From positions 1 to 55,206 of the forward strand of contig CAZRDV010000006.1 of assembly GCA_964599215.1 (NCBI GenBank): 55,206 nucleotides of DNA, written 5' to 3'. Made by a program: the position numbers and the translations under genes. Positions within the stretch are counted from its first letter, which is position 1, and every line of letters begins with the position of its first letter. The stretch comes from an uncultured archaeon (lineage in GTDB: Archaea > Aenigmatarchaeota > Aenigmatarchaeia > GW2011-AR5). This document shows positions 18,316-27,228 of this stretch, one piece after another. The notes under the pieces were generated by a model. That model did no database searches. It worked only from the letters and a program-made list of their open reading frames with translations, and was not told the origin of the DNA.

Positions 18316-18370
18316 ATTTTTTAAGGCTTCTCAATATCCTGATAAAAAGCTTTCTTCTCTTAGTAGAATA

Positions 18371-18817
18371 GTGATAAGGAAGTTTGATGTAGAGGATATC
18401 GAGGCTGTGCTTGCACTGGAAAGAAACAGCTCGCCCAAGGCACCGTACAGCAGGAGGACGCTGCTTTTCTATTCTGTGATGTACCCTGATTCCTTTCTTG
18501 TTTCCACAGATGGAGGCAGGATTCTAGGCTGCGTTATATTCGAGCTTGACGGCCACGTGCTCTCAATAGCTGTTGACCCTTCCAGCAGGAGAAAGGGCAT
18601 AGGAACAGAGCTTATGAAAGAGGTCTTCAGGACGGCAAAGCAGCCGTGGGTAGAGGTCAAAAGCAATAATAGAGATGCACAGAGATTTTATGAGAACCTG
18701 GGCTTCAGGCAGAAAGGTATTATAAAGAACTATTACAAAACAGGAGACGGCCTGATAATGGTTTACGATAAGAAGAATTATTTAAAGGTGGATGACAAAA
18801 TAGTAAAAGGTGTTTAG
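18371..18817 (+). CDS. RimI/Ard1-like GNAT N-acetyltransferase
   Basis: GHVLSIAVDPSSRRKGIG, EVKSNN..A..FYENLGF, NYY..GDG; GTG start 18371. Confidence 0.85.
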   Translation: MIRKFDVEDIEAVLALERNSSPKAPYSRRTLLFYSVMYPDSFLVSTDGGRILGCVIFELDGHVLSIAVDPSSRRKGIGTELMKEVFRTAKQPWVEVKSNNRDAQRFYENLGFRQKGIIKNYYKTGDGLIMVYDKKNYLKVDDKIVKGV

Positions 18818-19567
18818 ATGTTCGAGTTAAACGATAAGGTAGCTGTAGTAACCGGCGGCTCAAGAGGCATAGGAAAAGGGATTGCACTTGTTCTTGCAAG
18901 AGCAGGAGCAGATATTGCAATAGCAGATGTACTGGATGCAGGCGATGCAGTAAAAGAGATAGAGGCTCTTGGAAGAAAGGCTATATCGGTAAAAACAGAT
19001 GTCTCCAATAAAAAAAGCGTCGACTCCATGATAAAGGAGGTTGTAAGCAATTTCGGGAAAATAGATATAATGGTGAACAATGCAGGAATCCTGAGACTTG
19101 CTCAGATTGAGAACATGGAAGAAAAGGAATGGGAAAAGGTTATTGACGTAAACCTCAAGGGCTGTTTTCTCTGCTCGCAGGCTGCTGGAAAGGAGATGAT
19201 AAAGCAGAAGAGCGGTAGTATCATCAATATAGCATCTGTAGCAGGCATAGCTGCTTACCAGCAGGGAGCTGCTTACTCTGCTTCCAAGGCAGGCATAATA
19301 CTACTGACAAAGGCCCTTGCAGGTGAATGGGGCAAGCACGGTATCAGGGTCAATGCTATCTGCCCAGGCGCTATCCAGACTGACATGACAAAGGGTATGT
19401 TAGAGGATGAAAAGATGAAGCAGGGGATAATCATGCAGGTTCCCCTGGGAAGGATAGGAGTGCCAGAGGATATCGGCGAAGCTGCCTTGTTTCTTGCATC
19501 TGATGCAGCTGGCTATGTAACAGGCCATGCACTGGTTGCTGATGGCGGATGGACAGCCAATCTGTAA
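18818..19567 (+). CDS. Short-chain dehydrogenase/reductase (FabG-like)
   Basis: TGGSRGIG, NNAG, YSASK catalytic motif. Confidence 0.95.
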   Translation: MFELNDKVAVVTGGSRGIGKGIALVLARAGADIAIADVLDAGDAVKEIEALGRKAISVKTDVSNKKSVDSMIKEVVSNFGKIDIMVNNAGILRLAQIENMEEKEWEKVIDVNLKGCFLCSQAAGKEMIKQKSGSIINIASVAGIAAYQQGAAYSASKAGIILLTKALAGEWGKHGIRVNAICPGAIQTDMTKGMLEDEKMKQGIIMQVPLGRIGVPEDIGEAALFLASDAAGYVTGHALVADGGWTANL

Positions 19568-19654
19568 TTTTATTTTTTATTTTTCAATTCAGCCCTAATT
19601 AAGTAAAAGGTTTAAATACATTTCCTTCTGAATAGATTAAGATTGATGATTTCT

Positions 19655-20668
19655 ATGGCAAAACATCATAAACATGAGGAACATAGCCACGAAGAACATA
19701 GCCATGAAGAGCATAAGCACAAGGCTAAGAACTACTGGCTGTTCTCGACTATTGTGCTGGCAGTCCTGCTGGTAGCAGTCGTGGCCTTCTACTCATTAGC
19801 AGGGTCAGGAGCAGATGTTGGTGCTCAGGCAGCAACAGACAAGGCTCTGACTTTCATAAACAACTACATGCTTAGCGGAGTAGCTGCTACAGTAGTAAGC
19901 ACTGAAGACACAGGCGGTCTTTACAAAATAAGTCTGGACATAGCTGGCAGCGGCGTCGATGTCTACGTGACAAAGAACGGCTCATTACTTTTCCCTTCTG
20001 TTGTTGATATGGATGAGGAAGTTGAAGTGCCGGCAACTGATGAGGTTCCAAAAACAGCCAGGCCTGAGGCGCATGCCTTTATAATGTCATACTGCCCTTA
20101 CGGCCTGCAGTTCCTGAAGGCCTACATACCTGTTATAGAGCTGCTTGGTGACAAGGCAGACCTGGAGATTAACTTCGTGCACTACGCAATGCACGGTGAA
20201 AAAGAGATACAGGAGAATAACAGGATATACTGCATACAGGAAGAGCAGAGCGAAAAATTAACTAACTACCTGAGATGCTTTGTTGAGAGTGATGATTATG
20301 AGAGCTGTCTTGCTAGTACAGGAATAGATACAGCAAAACTAGATGCCTGCATAGCAGCAGCAGATGAGCAGTTCAAGATAACAGAGATGTACAATGACAA
20401 GGACACATGGTTAAGCGGAAGCTATCCGCAGTACCTAGTTGATGCTGAGCTTGCAACCCAGTACAGTGTAGGCGGCTCGCCAACATTTATTCTGAACGGC
20501 CAGGTATTGAGTGTAACAAGGTCAGCTGACGCTATAAAACAGGCTGTGTGCGATGCATTTACAGATCCTCCGTCTGAATGTGAGCAGGTTCTAAATACGA
20601 ACGCAGAATCCCCTGGCATCGGCCCTATAGGCTCAGGCAGCGGAAGCGGAACACAGGCACAATGCTAA
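19655..20668 (+). CDS. Membrane-anchored DsbA/thioredoxin-fold protein with His-rich N-terminus
   Basis: MSYCPYG, MHGEKE, GSPT cis-Pro loop; N-terminal HEEHSHEEHSHEEH then a TM helix. Confidence 0.8.
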   Translation: MAKHHKHEEHSHEEHSHEEHKHKAKNYWLFSTIVLAVLLVAVVAFYSLAGSGADVGAQAATDKALTFINNYMLSGVAATVVSTEDTGGLYKISLDIAGSGVDVYVTKNGSLLFPSVVDMDEEVEVPATDEVPKTARPEAHAFIMSYCPYGLQFLKAYIPVIELLGDKADLEINFVHYAMHGEKEIQENNRIYCIQEEQSEKLTNYLRCFVESDDYESCLASTGIDTAKLDACIAAADEQFKITEMYNDKDTWLSGSYPQYLVDAELATQYSVGGSPTFILNGQVLSVTRSADAIKQAVCDAFTDPPSECEQVLNTNAESPGIGPIGSGSGSGTQAQC

Positions 20669-20680
20669 TTCGTGATCTAT

Positions 20681-20914
20681 ATGGTAGTAAAAGTATATTC
20701 AACTCCTACATGTCCTTATTGCGTTATGGCAGAGGATTTCTTGAAAGAGCATAACATAGAATTCCAGGAGATCAACGTAGCAGAGGATGAAAAAGGCCGA
20801 GAAGAGATGATTGAAAAGAGCGGCCAGCTGGGTGTTCCTGTAATAGAGATAAACGATAAGATAATAATAGGATTCAATCAGGAGGCAATAAAGAAGGAGC
20901 TGAAATTAGAATGA
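20681..20914 (+). CDS. Glutaredoxin-like protein (NrdH/YruB type)
   Basis: YSTPTCPYC, SGQLGVPVI, IIGF. Confidence 0.92.
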   Translation: MVVKVYSTPTCPYCVMAEDFLKEHNIEFQEINVAEDEKGREEMIEKSGQLGVPVIEINDKIIIGFNQEAIKKELKLE

Positions 20915-21039
20915 GATTTTAATAATTATAAGAATAACTATTGTTGATAAATATAGCAAAGAAAAAGCAAAAAAGAAGACAAAGAAGAAATGCAGTTGTT
21001 GTTAAATAGAAATCTATTTTTCTCTTTAATTCTTGTTTA

Positions 21040-21810
21040 TTATTCCAGAAAATAGCTTACAGCTTCTCCTATGTTGCTGACTTCTACTATTGTCATGTTT
21101 AGCTCTTTACTAAGATCTAACGAATAGCTGTAATCAACCTCGCAGTATTCCATCGAGTTCAGTATCTTACAGTGTCTGGTCTTTCCTGCACGGCTTGCTG
21201 ATTGATTAACAGGCACCAGAAACGTTGTTATGTTCATCTGCCTTGATGCACTGGCCTTCTCTAGTATACCGCCGGCCTGGCCTATTGAACCGTCCTCGTT
21301 TATTGTTCCTGTCATCATCACGCCTGCTTTGGGCGTCCTGTTCAGCAGGGCAAGCAGAATGGATACAGACATTGCTGACCCTGCTGAAGGCCCCTCTACA
21401 ACAGAGGCATTCACCATAACAGAATATATCACATCGTAGCTTTTCAGCGATATGTTCATGTAATCAGCAGCTGCCTTTGCAGCTGTCCTGCCTGATATCT
21501 GGGTGTCATAATTGGCAAGTACATCGTTAACATTAACCAGGACAAGGCCAGAGCCAGGCCTCACTGTTGTCATAAGCCTTGCAACAACACCATTGCCTTC
21601 AGCATCAACAGCTGGAATAAGCATCTCTATGCTGTTTTCTGTAATATTAGCTGCAATAGCTGGCTCGCAGACTGGCATGGAGTAAGGCGAGAGGTTTGTG
21701 CCTGCTATGAAGCCTACAAGAAATACCATAATAAGTGATAAGACTACGTTTTCTTTCTTTATTTGGTACAGCTTTATCCTGTACTTTGTTTTTCTTCTTT
21801 TACCAGCCAT
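21040..21810 (-). CDS. Membrane-anchored Lon-type (S16) serine protease domain protein
   Basis: Ser-Lys dyad motifs VEGPSAG and GGILEKA, MTGTI; N-terminal TM; no ATPase domain. Confidence 0.88.
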   Translation of the reverse strand: MAGKRRKTKYRIKLYQIKKENVVLSLIMVFLVGFIAGTNLSPYSMPVCEPAIAANITENSIEMLIPAVDAEGNGVVARLMTTVRPGSGLVLVNVNDVLANYDTQISGRTAAKAAADYMNISLKSYDVIYSVMVNASVVEGPSAGSAMSVSILLALLNRTPKAGVMMTGTINEDGSIGQAGGILEKASASRQMNITTFLVPVNQSASRAGKTRHCKILNSMEYCEVDYSYSLDLSKELNMTIVEVSNIGEAVSYFLE

Positions 21811-21814
21811 AGCA

Positions 21815-22339
21815 TCAACAGATTTCAACACCATACTCGTTAAGCAGAGCCTCTTTTACATAGACCTGCTTGTTCATCCTCACTGCAAGGGCAACAGCAT
21901 CGCTGGGCCTTGAATCTATGTCAAGTATTTTGTTGTTCTGCCTTACCACAATCCTGGCCCTGTAAGTGTTGTCCTTAAACGAATCTATCTTAATAATCAG
22001 TACCTCCAGCCCGAAGTTGTCAGCTACCTCAGCAAAGATGTCATGGGTAAGAGGCCTTGTAACTATGTTATCCATGCCTCTTTCTATTGACAGGGCCTGG
22101 TCATCGCTTATCAGCATGCTGAGCTGGTAGCAGCCAGCAGAGAGATAGAGAGTATCCTCGTCAACAGCAACAGAAGCAGCTTCATAACCAAGCGTTGACA
22201 GCTCCGGAAGTAGTATTCCGCTTTTTACAAGCTCTTCTATCACAGGCTCATAAAAGTAAAGCCCTATCATTAATCCAACCAAAAAGGAGACAAATATTAT
22301 TGTTAGTAATCTTTCTCTGTCACGGCTTTGCCTTCTCAT
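21815..22339 (-). CDS. Bifunctional nuclease (DUF151/BFN) family protein with N-terminal TM
   Basis: RPLTHD and DSRPSDAVALA signature. Confidence 0.9.
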   Translation of the reverse strand: MRRQSRDRERLLTIIFVSFLVGLMIGLYFYEPVIEELVKSGILLPELSTLGYEAASVAVDEDTLYLSAGCYQLSMLISDDQALSIERGMDNIVTRPLTHDIFAEVADNFGLEVLIIKIDSFKDNTYRARIVVRQNNKILDIDSRPSDAVALAVRMNKQVYVKEALLNEYGVEIC

Positions 22340-22425
22340 ATCAATAAAATGACTTCCTATATTTTAAAGTTTTTCTCAGGTGCCCCTGCAAAAACTATAA
22401 ATAGGGGTTTAATCAAAGCTTAAGT

Positions 22426-22503
22426 ATGAATATGAAACTAATAGGTGCCATTGTTGTAATAGTGGTTGTTGCAGCAGCGGCATGGTATATGGGTCTGATT
22501 TAG
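22426..22503 (+). CDS. 25-aa single-TM micro-protein
   Basis: MNMKLIGAIVVIVVVAAAAWYMGLI; BRE/TATA-like aaaactataaata at 22391-22403 positioned for a leaderless transcript. Confidence 0.6.
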   Translation: MNMKLIGAIVVIVVVAAAAWYMGLI

Positions 22504-22577
22504 TCCCAGAGCGCGGCATCTTCTGATATAGACTAGTTGATACTAGTAGTAATTATTAGAATATATGAGATAAAGAA

Positions 22578-22850
22578 CTATTTCCTGAGCATGAAGCCGC
22601 AGTCGCATCTTTTCCTGCTTTCAGTTAGAATGTGCTCTCTTTTGCAGACAGGGCACACCATCCTTACCTTGCTGGATTCCCTTTCTGCCCTTTCCATTCT
22701 CTTCAGCTCAGCCATCTCCCAGTTTGAGCCCCTGCGGGTTTTGCAGGTGCGACAGATACCATCAATGGCCAGGTCTGTTTTTGCAACAACACCGTTGCAC
22801 CTCGGACATCTTGCAAACTGCCGCTCATCAAAACTGTCGATGGAAACCAT
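22578..22850 (-). CDS. Double zinc-ribbon protein
   Basis: CPRC, CRTC, CPVC and CDCG knuckles. Confidence 0.7.
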   Translation of the reverse strand: MVSIDSFDERQFARCPRCNGVVAKTDLAIDGICRTCKTRRGSNWEMAELKRMERAERESSKVRMVCPVCKREHILTESRKRCDCGFMLRK

Positions 22851-22933
22851 AAATCAATAATTGTTTCCAAAGGTATATAAACGCCTGCGCTCTGCAGAAA
22901 CTAAAACTTTTTACATCTTTACAATAACTGATA

Positions 22934-24172
22934 TTGATGGGGCTTCTCGATAGACTAAGAAATTCCTTCAGAAAGGAAGAAACTGTCAAGGAGGTAGAAT
23001 TATCCTTAGATGAAATCATTGCCAGGGCAGACAAAAAAATCGAAGAGGCTGAATCAGAAGCAGTTGCAAAGGCATATGAATCTGTGGAAAAAACAGCAAA
23101 AGAGCTGGAGGCCCTTTCCGTCCTCATTGATAACCTGGAAAAACTGAGTCCAGAAGGGGTCATGCAGGCGCCAAAGGCAGTTAAGAAAAGGTTCTGCAGC
23201 TACTCGAAGAACCAGATAGCATCAATAAAAACGCCTCCAAAAGAGCTTGCTGCAATAAAGGAGTTCCTCAACAGAACGTATACAACAGTGCATAACCTAG
23301 GAGGCCTTACCCAGAAACAGATAATGCACATCGAATTCTTTTTCAAGGAGGATTTCAGGCCAGTTATCAAGAAGTCAAGGGAGATAAGCGATATTATCGA
23401 CGAGGCACGGCAGTGCATAAGAGCCGGCAATACAGATGCCTACAGAAAGATAAAGGATATGCACAAGAATATGCAGGAGCTTGACAGAAGTATTAACGAA
23501 AATAACAGCAGGGTAGCTGTTATACACAGCGGGATAGAAAGGCTAAGAAACGACCAGAAAGAGCTCTCTGATAAGATAGACAGTATAGACACAGGCGATT
23601 TTAGGCAATATAGTAATGAAATAGACGAAGCAGAAAAGAAAACAAGGCTCATAGAGCAGGATCTGGCTTCTTACCTCTCCATAGAAAAGCTTCTGAAGAA
23701 GCTGGTTCATGAGAAAGAGATGAAGAACGAGCTACTTGATGCTTATACAGAATCGCCAGTGAAAGCTCTGCTCCAGGACGAAGAAATGAAAATAATGGGA
23801 TTCGTGAAGGAGGCACTGGAGCTTCACAAGAAAGGCAGCATAGATGTTGATGAAAAGAAGATAGAGAAAGCGACCAACATAATAGGCAATCCCGGCTATC
23901 TAAAAGAGCAGAGAAAGAGGCTGCTTGAGGCAATGAAAGAAACTGATAAAAAGAAGGAGCACATGAACAAAATAATAATGCCCAGGCTTGAGAGTAAGGA
24001 AGCACTGGAAGAAGAAAAAAGCAGGGTTGGGTCCGATATAAAGAAGCTTGAGGAAAGCCTCACGAAAATACCAAAAGAGATTGAAGGCATAGAGCAGCAA
24101 AAGAAACTGCTGAAAGAACAGATAGAAGGCGCAGCCTCGGAAATAATGAAAGCAAAGATTAGGATAAAGTAA
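22934..24172 (+). CDS. Long coiled-coil protein
   Basis: E/K-rich heptad pattern over about 400 aa; no Walker motifs. Confidence 0.75.
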   Translation: MMGLLDRLRNSFRKEETVKEVELSLDEIIARADKKIEEAESEAVAKAYESVEKTAKELEALSVLIDNLEKLSPEGVMQAPKAVKKRFCSYSKNQIASIKTPPKELAAIKEFLNRTYTTVHNLGGLTQKQIMHIEFFFKEDFRPVIKKSREISDIIDEARQCIRAGNTDAYRKIKDMHKNMQELDRSINENNSRVAVIHSGIERLRNDQKELSDKIDSIDTGDFRQYSNEIDEAEKKTRLIEQDLASYLSIEKLLKKLVHEKEMKNELLDAYTESPVKALLQDEEMKIMGFVKEALELHKKGSIDVDEKKIEKATNIIGNPGYLKEQRKRLLEAMKETDKKKEHMNKIIMPRLESKEALEEEKSRVGSDIKKLEESLTKIPKEIEGIEQQKKLLKEQIEGAASEIMKAKIRIK

Positions 24173-24203
24173 GGTTTAAATAATTGAAAATTTAACTTAT
24201 TCT

Positions 24204-25052
24204 ATGCCTGTTAATTTCGGGAAAACATTCTCATCAGCACTTAGGTATGCACTCAGCCTCAAAAGAATCCTGCCTTTCTTCCTGATAAATCTTATTGTTG
24301 CTGCATTTGTCTTTGTATTCATAGATTATGCTGTTGATATCCTTCCTATGGTCATATCAGGCTCATTTACCAGCATACCTATTACAACACTGATATATGC
24401 CACACTTGCGTTTGTAGCGATTATTGGTGTTACAGCTCTGCTCAGGATTTATGTGCAGGCAGCAATAACTGACAACGCAGCTTCATACTGGCAGAAAAAG
24501 AGGAAGAAGCTTACCAAATCCTTCCCCGGCAGCAGGAAATACATTACCGTGCTTCTGGCACTTGTCCTTGCAGGAGTGATAAGCAGCATAATAACCGCAG
24601 TTCTTGCATATATACCAACAGCAGGAAACTTCCTTTCAGCACTAGCATCCATATTGTTCGGGCTTATATTCCTGTTTATTATACAGATAGTGGTCATATC
24701 AAACAAGGGAGTTGTTGATTCGATCAAGGCTGGTTACGCACTCTTCATGAAAAGCAAGCTTGATGTATTGGTTTTCTGGATTGTCCTTGTCATACTGTCT
24801 ATTATAATTGCGTTGGTTGCAATAATACCGATAGCAGTGGCTTTAATCCCTGTAATAGGCCTGCTGGCGGAATCGTTAATAGTGCCTGGAGCATCCACAG
24901 CTGCTATACTGGGTGATATAATACCTTTGATAAAGGCGAACATGCTCTCTATTGCTGTTGCCAGCATAATAACCTCGTTTATAATTGCTTATCTATCCGT
25001 ATTCCAGGAAGCAGCAAAAACCTTTTTCTACCTGCAGAAGAAGAAACGATAA
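24204..25052 (+). CDS. Integral membrane protein (~6 TM)
   Basis: Multiple hydrophobic segments, basic C-terminal tail. Confidence 0.75.
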   Translation: MPVNFGKTFSSALRYALSLKRILPFFLINLIVAAFVFVFIDYAVDILPMVISGSFTSIPITTLIYATLAFVAIIGVTALLRIYVQAAITDNAASYWQKKRKKLTKSFPGSRKYITVLLALVLAGVISSIITAVLAYIPTAGNFLSALASILFGLIFLFIIQIVVISNKGVVDSIKAGYALFMKSKLDVLVFWIVLVILSIIIALVAIIPIAVALIPVIGLLAESLIVPGASTAAILGDIIPLIKANMLSIAVASIITSFIIAYLSVFQEAAKTFFYLQKKKR

Positions 25053-25063
25053 AATGCTCTCTA

Positions 25064-25351
25064 TTAGAATAGGCCGCGGTTGAACTGGTCTATAAATTCT
25101 CTTGCTGCTACAACGAATTCTTTATGACCGTAGCAACTAAATGATACGATTTCGACTTCCTTGTACGGCTCGTTTCCGTTCTTCGGTATAAGATAAATGC
25201 TTATTCCGCCATCAATTGTTTTAGGAAGGTTATCTCTGTTAACGTGGTAGGAAATAGATGCCCCGATTAAACGGTACTCTGGGTATAGCTTTGCCATCTC
25301 AGGCGATAATGGCACTCTGCTTTTTTCCAGGTGGTTTATTCCGTCTGTCAT
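25064..25351 (-). CDS. Hypothetical protein
   Basis: 95-aa ORF downstream of tfs. Confidence 0.5.
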   Translation of the reverse strand: MTDGINHLEKSRVPLSPEMAKLYPEYRLIGASISYHVNRDNLPKTIDGGISIYLIPKNGNEPYKEVEIVSFSCYGHKEFVVAAREFIDQFNRGLF

Positions 25352-25382
25352 AGGATACGACTATAGTAGAAATCTTTTTAAG

Positions 25383-25406
25383 AATAATCCTTTGGAAAGG
25401 ATTATT
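25383..25406. terminator. Perfect 11-bp inverted repeat at the tfs stop (terminator or operator)
   Basis: aataatccttt-gg-aaaggattatt. Confidence 0.4.
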
Positions 25407-25755
25407 TGTATTCTCGCCAGACGTGATGGCACTTCGTGCATCTAAAGAATTGAGTAGGCGGCTCGTCTGCAGAGCGTGTCTGCTGCAGCCACCAGTAGGC
25501 TTTTTGATTGTCGCACTCAGGGCAAGCCTTGTCTGTAGTCGGCAGCATTGTCTCGTTTTTCTCCAGAACAACGATACCCTTGATCTTCTTTTTTTCCTCG
25601 ACTATCCTGAGGTCCTTTATTGACCTCTTTTTCTCAGAACCGCAGCTTCTGCACTTCAGTACAACGCTCTTTCTTTTCTTAACCGGCAGCATTATTGCTC
25701 CGCACTTGGAGCAGAATTCGATTTTGCTTCCCTTTTTGCTTGTTTTTTTCTTCAT
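25402..25755 (-). CDS. tfs: Transcription factor S (TFS)
   Basis: FCSKCG, CRSCG, CPEC, QTRSADEPPTQFFRCTKC with the acidic DE hairpin. Confidence 0.95.
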   Translation of the reverse strand: MKKKTSKKGSKIEFCSKCGAIMLPVKKRKSVVLKCRSCGSEKKRSIKDLRIVEEKKKIKGIVVLEKNETMLPTTDKACPECDNQKAYWWLQQTRSADEPPTQFFRCTKCHHVWREYK

Positions 25756-25920
25756 TCGCTTTCACTTTTTATAATTATTAGTCTTTCTTCTTTGTTCACT
25801 TATGTTTAAATCTTTATTTATCATAATTTTATAAAAATCATTTTCCCACCAGAAGGGAATAATTTTGGTTTCCTTATATTTTAAAGGCAATAACTTTATA
25901 TAATTTGAGTGGGAAGGTAA

Positions 25921-26349
25921 ATGGGATGGGTCAGTCTCATTAATGGGGTGATTGGTATCAAAAATTTTAATGTTGTGAAGCTTGACAGCAAGGGAAGGAT
26001 AATAGTTCCGTTCCACATAAGGGATTACCTGGGGCTGAAAGAGGGCACAGAGCTCCTTGTAACCAACAATGAAAAAAGAGAGCTGAAAATACTTCCTTTG
26101 ATGAACGGGAAGACAAGTGAGATAAGAATCATGCTTTCTGATATGCCTGGCTCCATGGCAAAGATAGTCAATACAATAGCAAAGCACAACGTAGACGTGC
26201 TCATGAGCATGAGCCAGACAATAGAAAAAGGCAAGTCAGCTGAGTGGACAGCCATGGTTGACACAAGCAACTGCAAGGATTTGAAAAAGTTGGAAACCAG
26301 CCTCCTTGCACTGAGCGTAGTCAAAAAGGTAGAGGTAGAAAAGCGTTAG
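25921..26349 (+). CDS. AbrB/MazE-type DNA-binding domain fused to an ACT domain
   Basis: KLDSKGRIIVPFHIRDYLGLKEG followed by SDMPGSMAKIVNTIAKHNVDV. Confidence 0.85.
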   Translation: MGWVSLINGVIGIKNFNVVKLDSKGRIIVPFHIRDYLGLKEGTELLVTNNEKRELKILPLMNGKTSEIRIMLSDMPGSMAKIVNTIAKHNVDVLMSMSQTIEKGKSAEWTAMVDTSNCKDLKKLETSLLALSVVKKVEVEKR

Positions 26350-26361
26350 AGGTTGAATGAT

Positions 26362-27228
26362 ATGGTATTAGAAACGGAGGAAAAGCCTGTAGAGAAACCT
26401 GTTGTTTTGCAGGAATTATTCATACCTACAAATGAAAATATGCAGAAGAATCTTCACACAAGCCTTACGCGTCTCTACGGAGAATACGTTACTCAGGAAA
26501 TAGAAAGACATTCCAGAGACAAAGAATATGTTATTCATATAGCCGGGAATAACGGAGACGGCTCTGGTATAGTGTCCTATGTACGTGCAGCTGAAGAAAT
26601 ACCAAAAGAGATACTTGACAAATCAGGCAAGAACAAAGCCAAAGGCATAACCGGTTCTGATTTCCTGCTTGAGGAGCTGTACAAAAGGCCAAGCTGGGGA
26701 TTTAAAACAAATGGCAACGCCATAGATCCTAGATACATCTATCCTGAGGCAATTGATACGTATAGAGAGTATGTTTTTGACGAAGACAAAAAGCTGGTTC
26801 CCAAGAACGAGGCAAAAGAGCGGCAGTATGTTAACGGGAAATTGCTGGTCGTCAGGTTCCTTGACCAAGGCTCAACCCCAAGAATGTGCATACTTGGAGC
26901 GAATGACAGGAACATGGATGAGATTATAGAGCAGAGGAAGAAGGAAGGGAAAAAAGTAAAGGTTGTATTCGAGAACAGGTTCAGGAACATTGCCAAAGCT
27001 GTTCTGGATAATCTGGGCATTGATTATGACCCCGATACTGTAGTCAGGAAGGCTGAATCTTACATCAACAGGCCTATCTACCTGCCTGACGGAAGAGACA
27101 GGACCGGCGATTATGATATAGGTATAGAAATAGGCGAGACCTTCAACACAGCCAGGGCAAATAACCTGAAACCGTATATGGAATTGTTCAAAACATATCC
27201 GGTAGAGATAAGCTGCTACAAAAACTAA
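26362..27228 (+). CDS. Highly divergent short-form HisG (ATP phosphoribosyltransferase)-fold protein
   Basis: VRAAEEIP, KGITGSDFLLE, RFRNIA, DIGIEIGETFNTARANNLK correspond to HisG R..DIP, DxGITG.D, Y.NIA and D.IVD.V.TG.TL..N.L; ATG 26362 after SD gaggt. Confidence 0.6.
   Translation: MVLETEEKPVEKPVVLQELFIPTNENMQKNLHTSLTRLYGEYVTQEIERHSRDKEYVIHIAGNNGDGSGIVSYVRAAEEIPKEILDKSGKNKAKGITGSDFLLEELYKRPSWGFKTNGNAIDPRYIYPEAIDTYREYVFDEDKKLVPKNEAKERQYVNGKLLVVRFLDQGSTPRMCILGANDRNMDEIIEQRKKEGKKVKVVFENRFRNIAKAVLDNLGIDYDPDTVVRKAESYINRPIYLPDGRDRTGDYDIGIEIGETFNTARANNLKPYMELFKTYPVEISCYKN

Noticed and set aside
20950-21005. Possible basic micro-peptide ending KKKCSCC
   Set aside because: No in-frame start codon; it would need both a frameshift and a start mutation. 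It could equally be an A-rich terminator region for the convergent gene.
22934-24172. SMC/Rad50 or ESCRT-III assignment for the coiled-coil protein
   Set aside because: No Walker A/B, hinge or zinc-hook motif, and no Vps4/CdvC neighbour.
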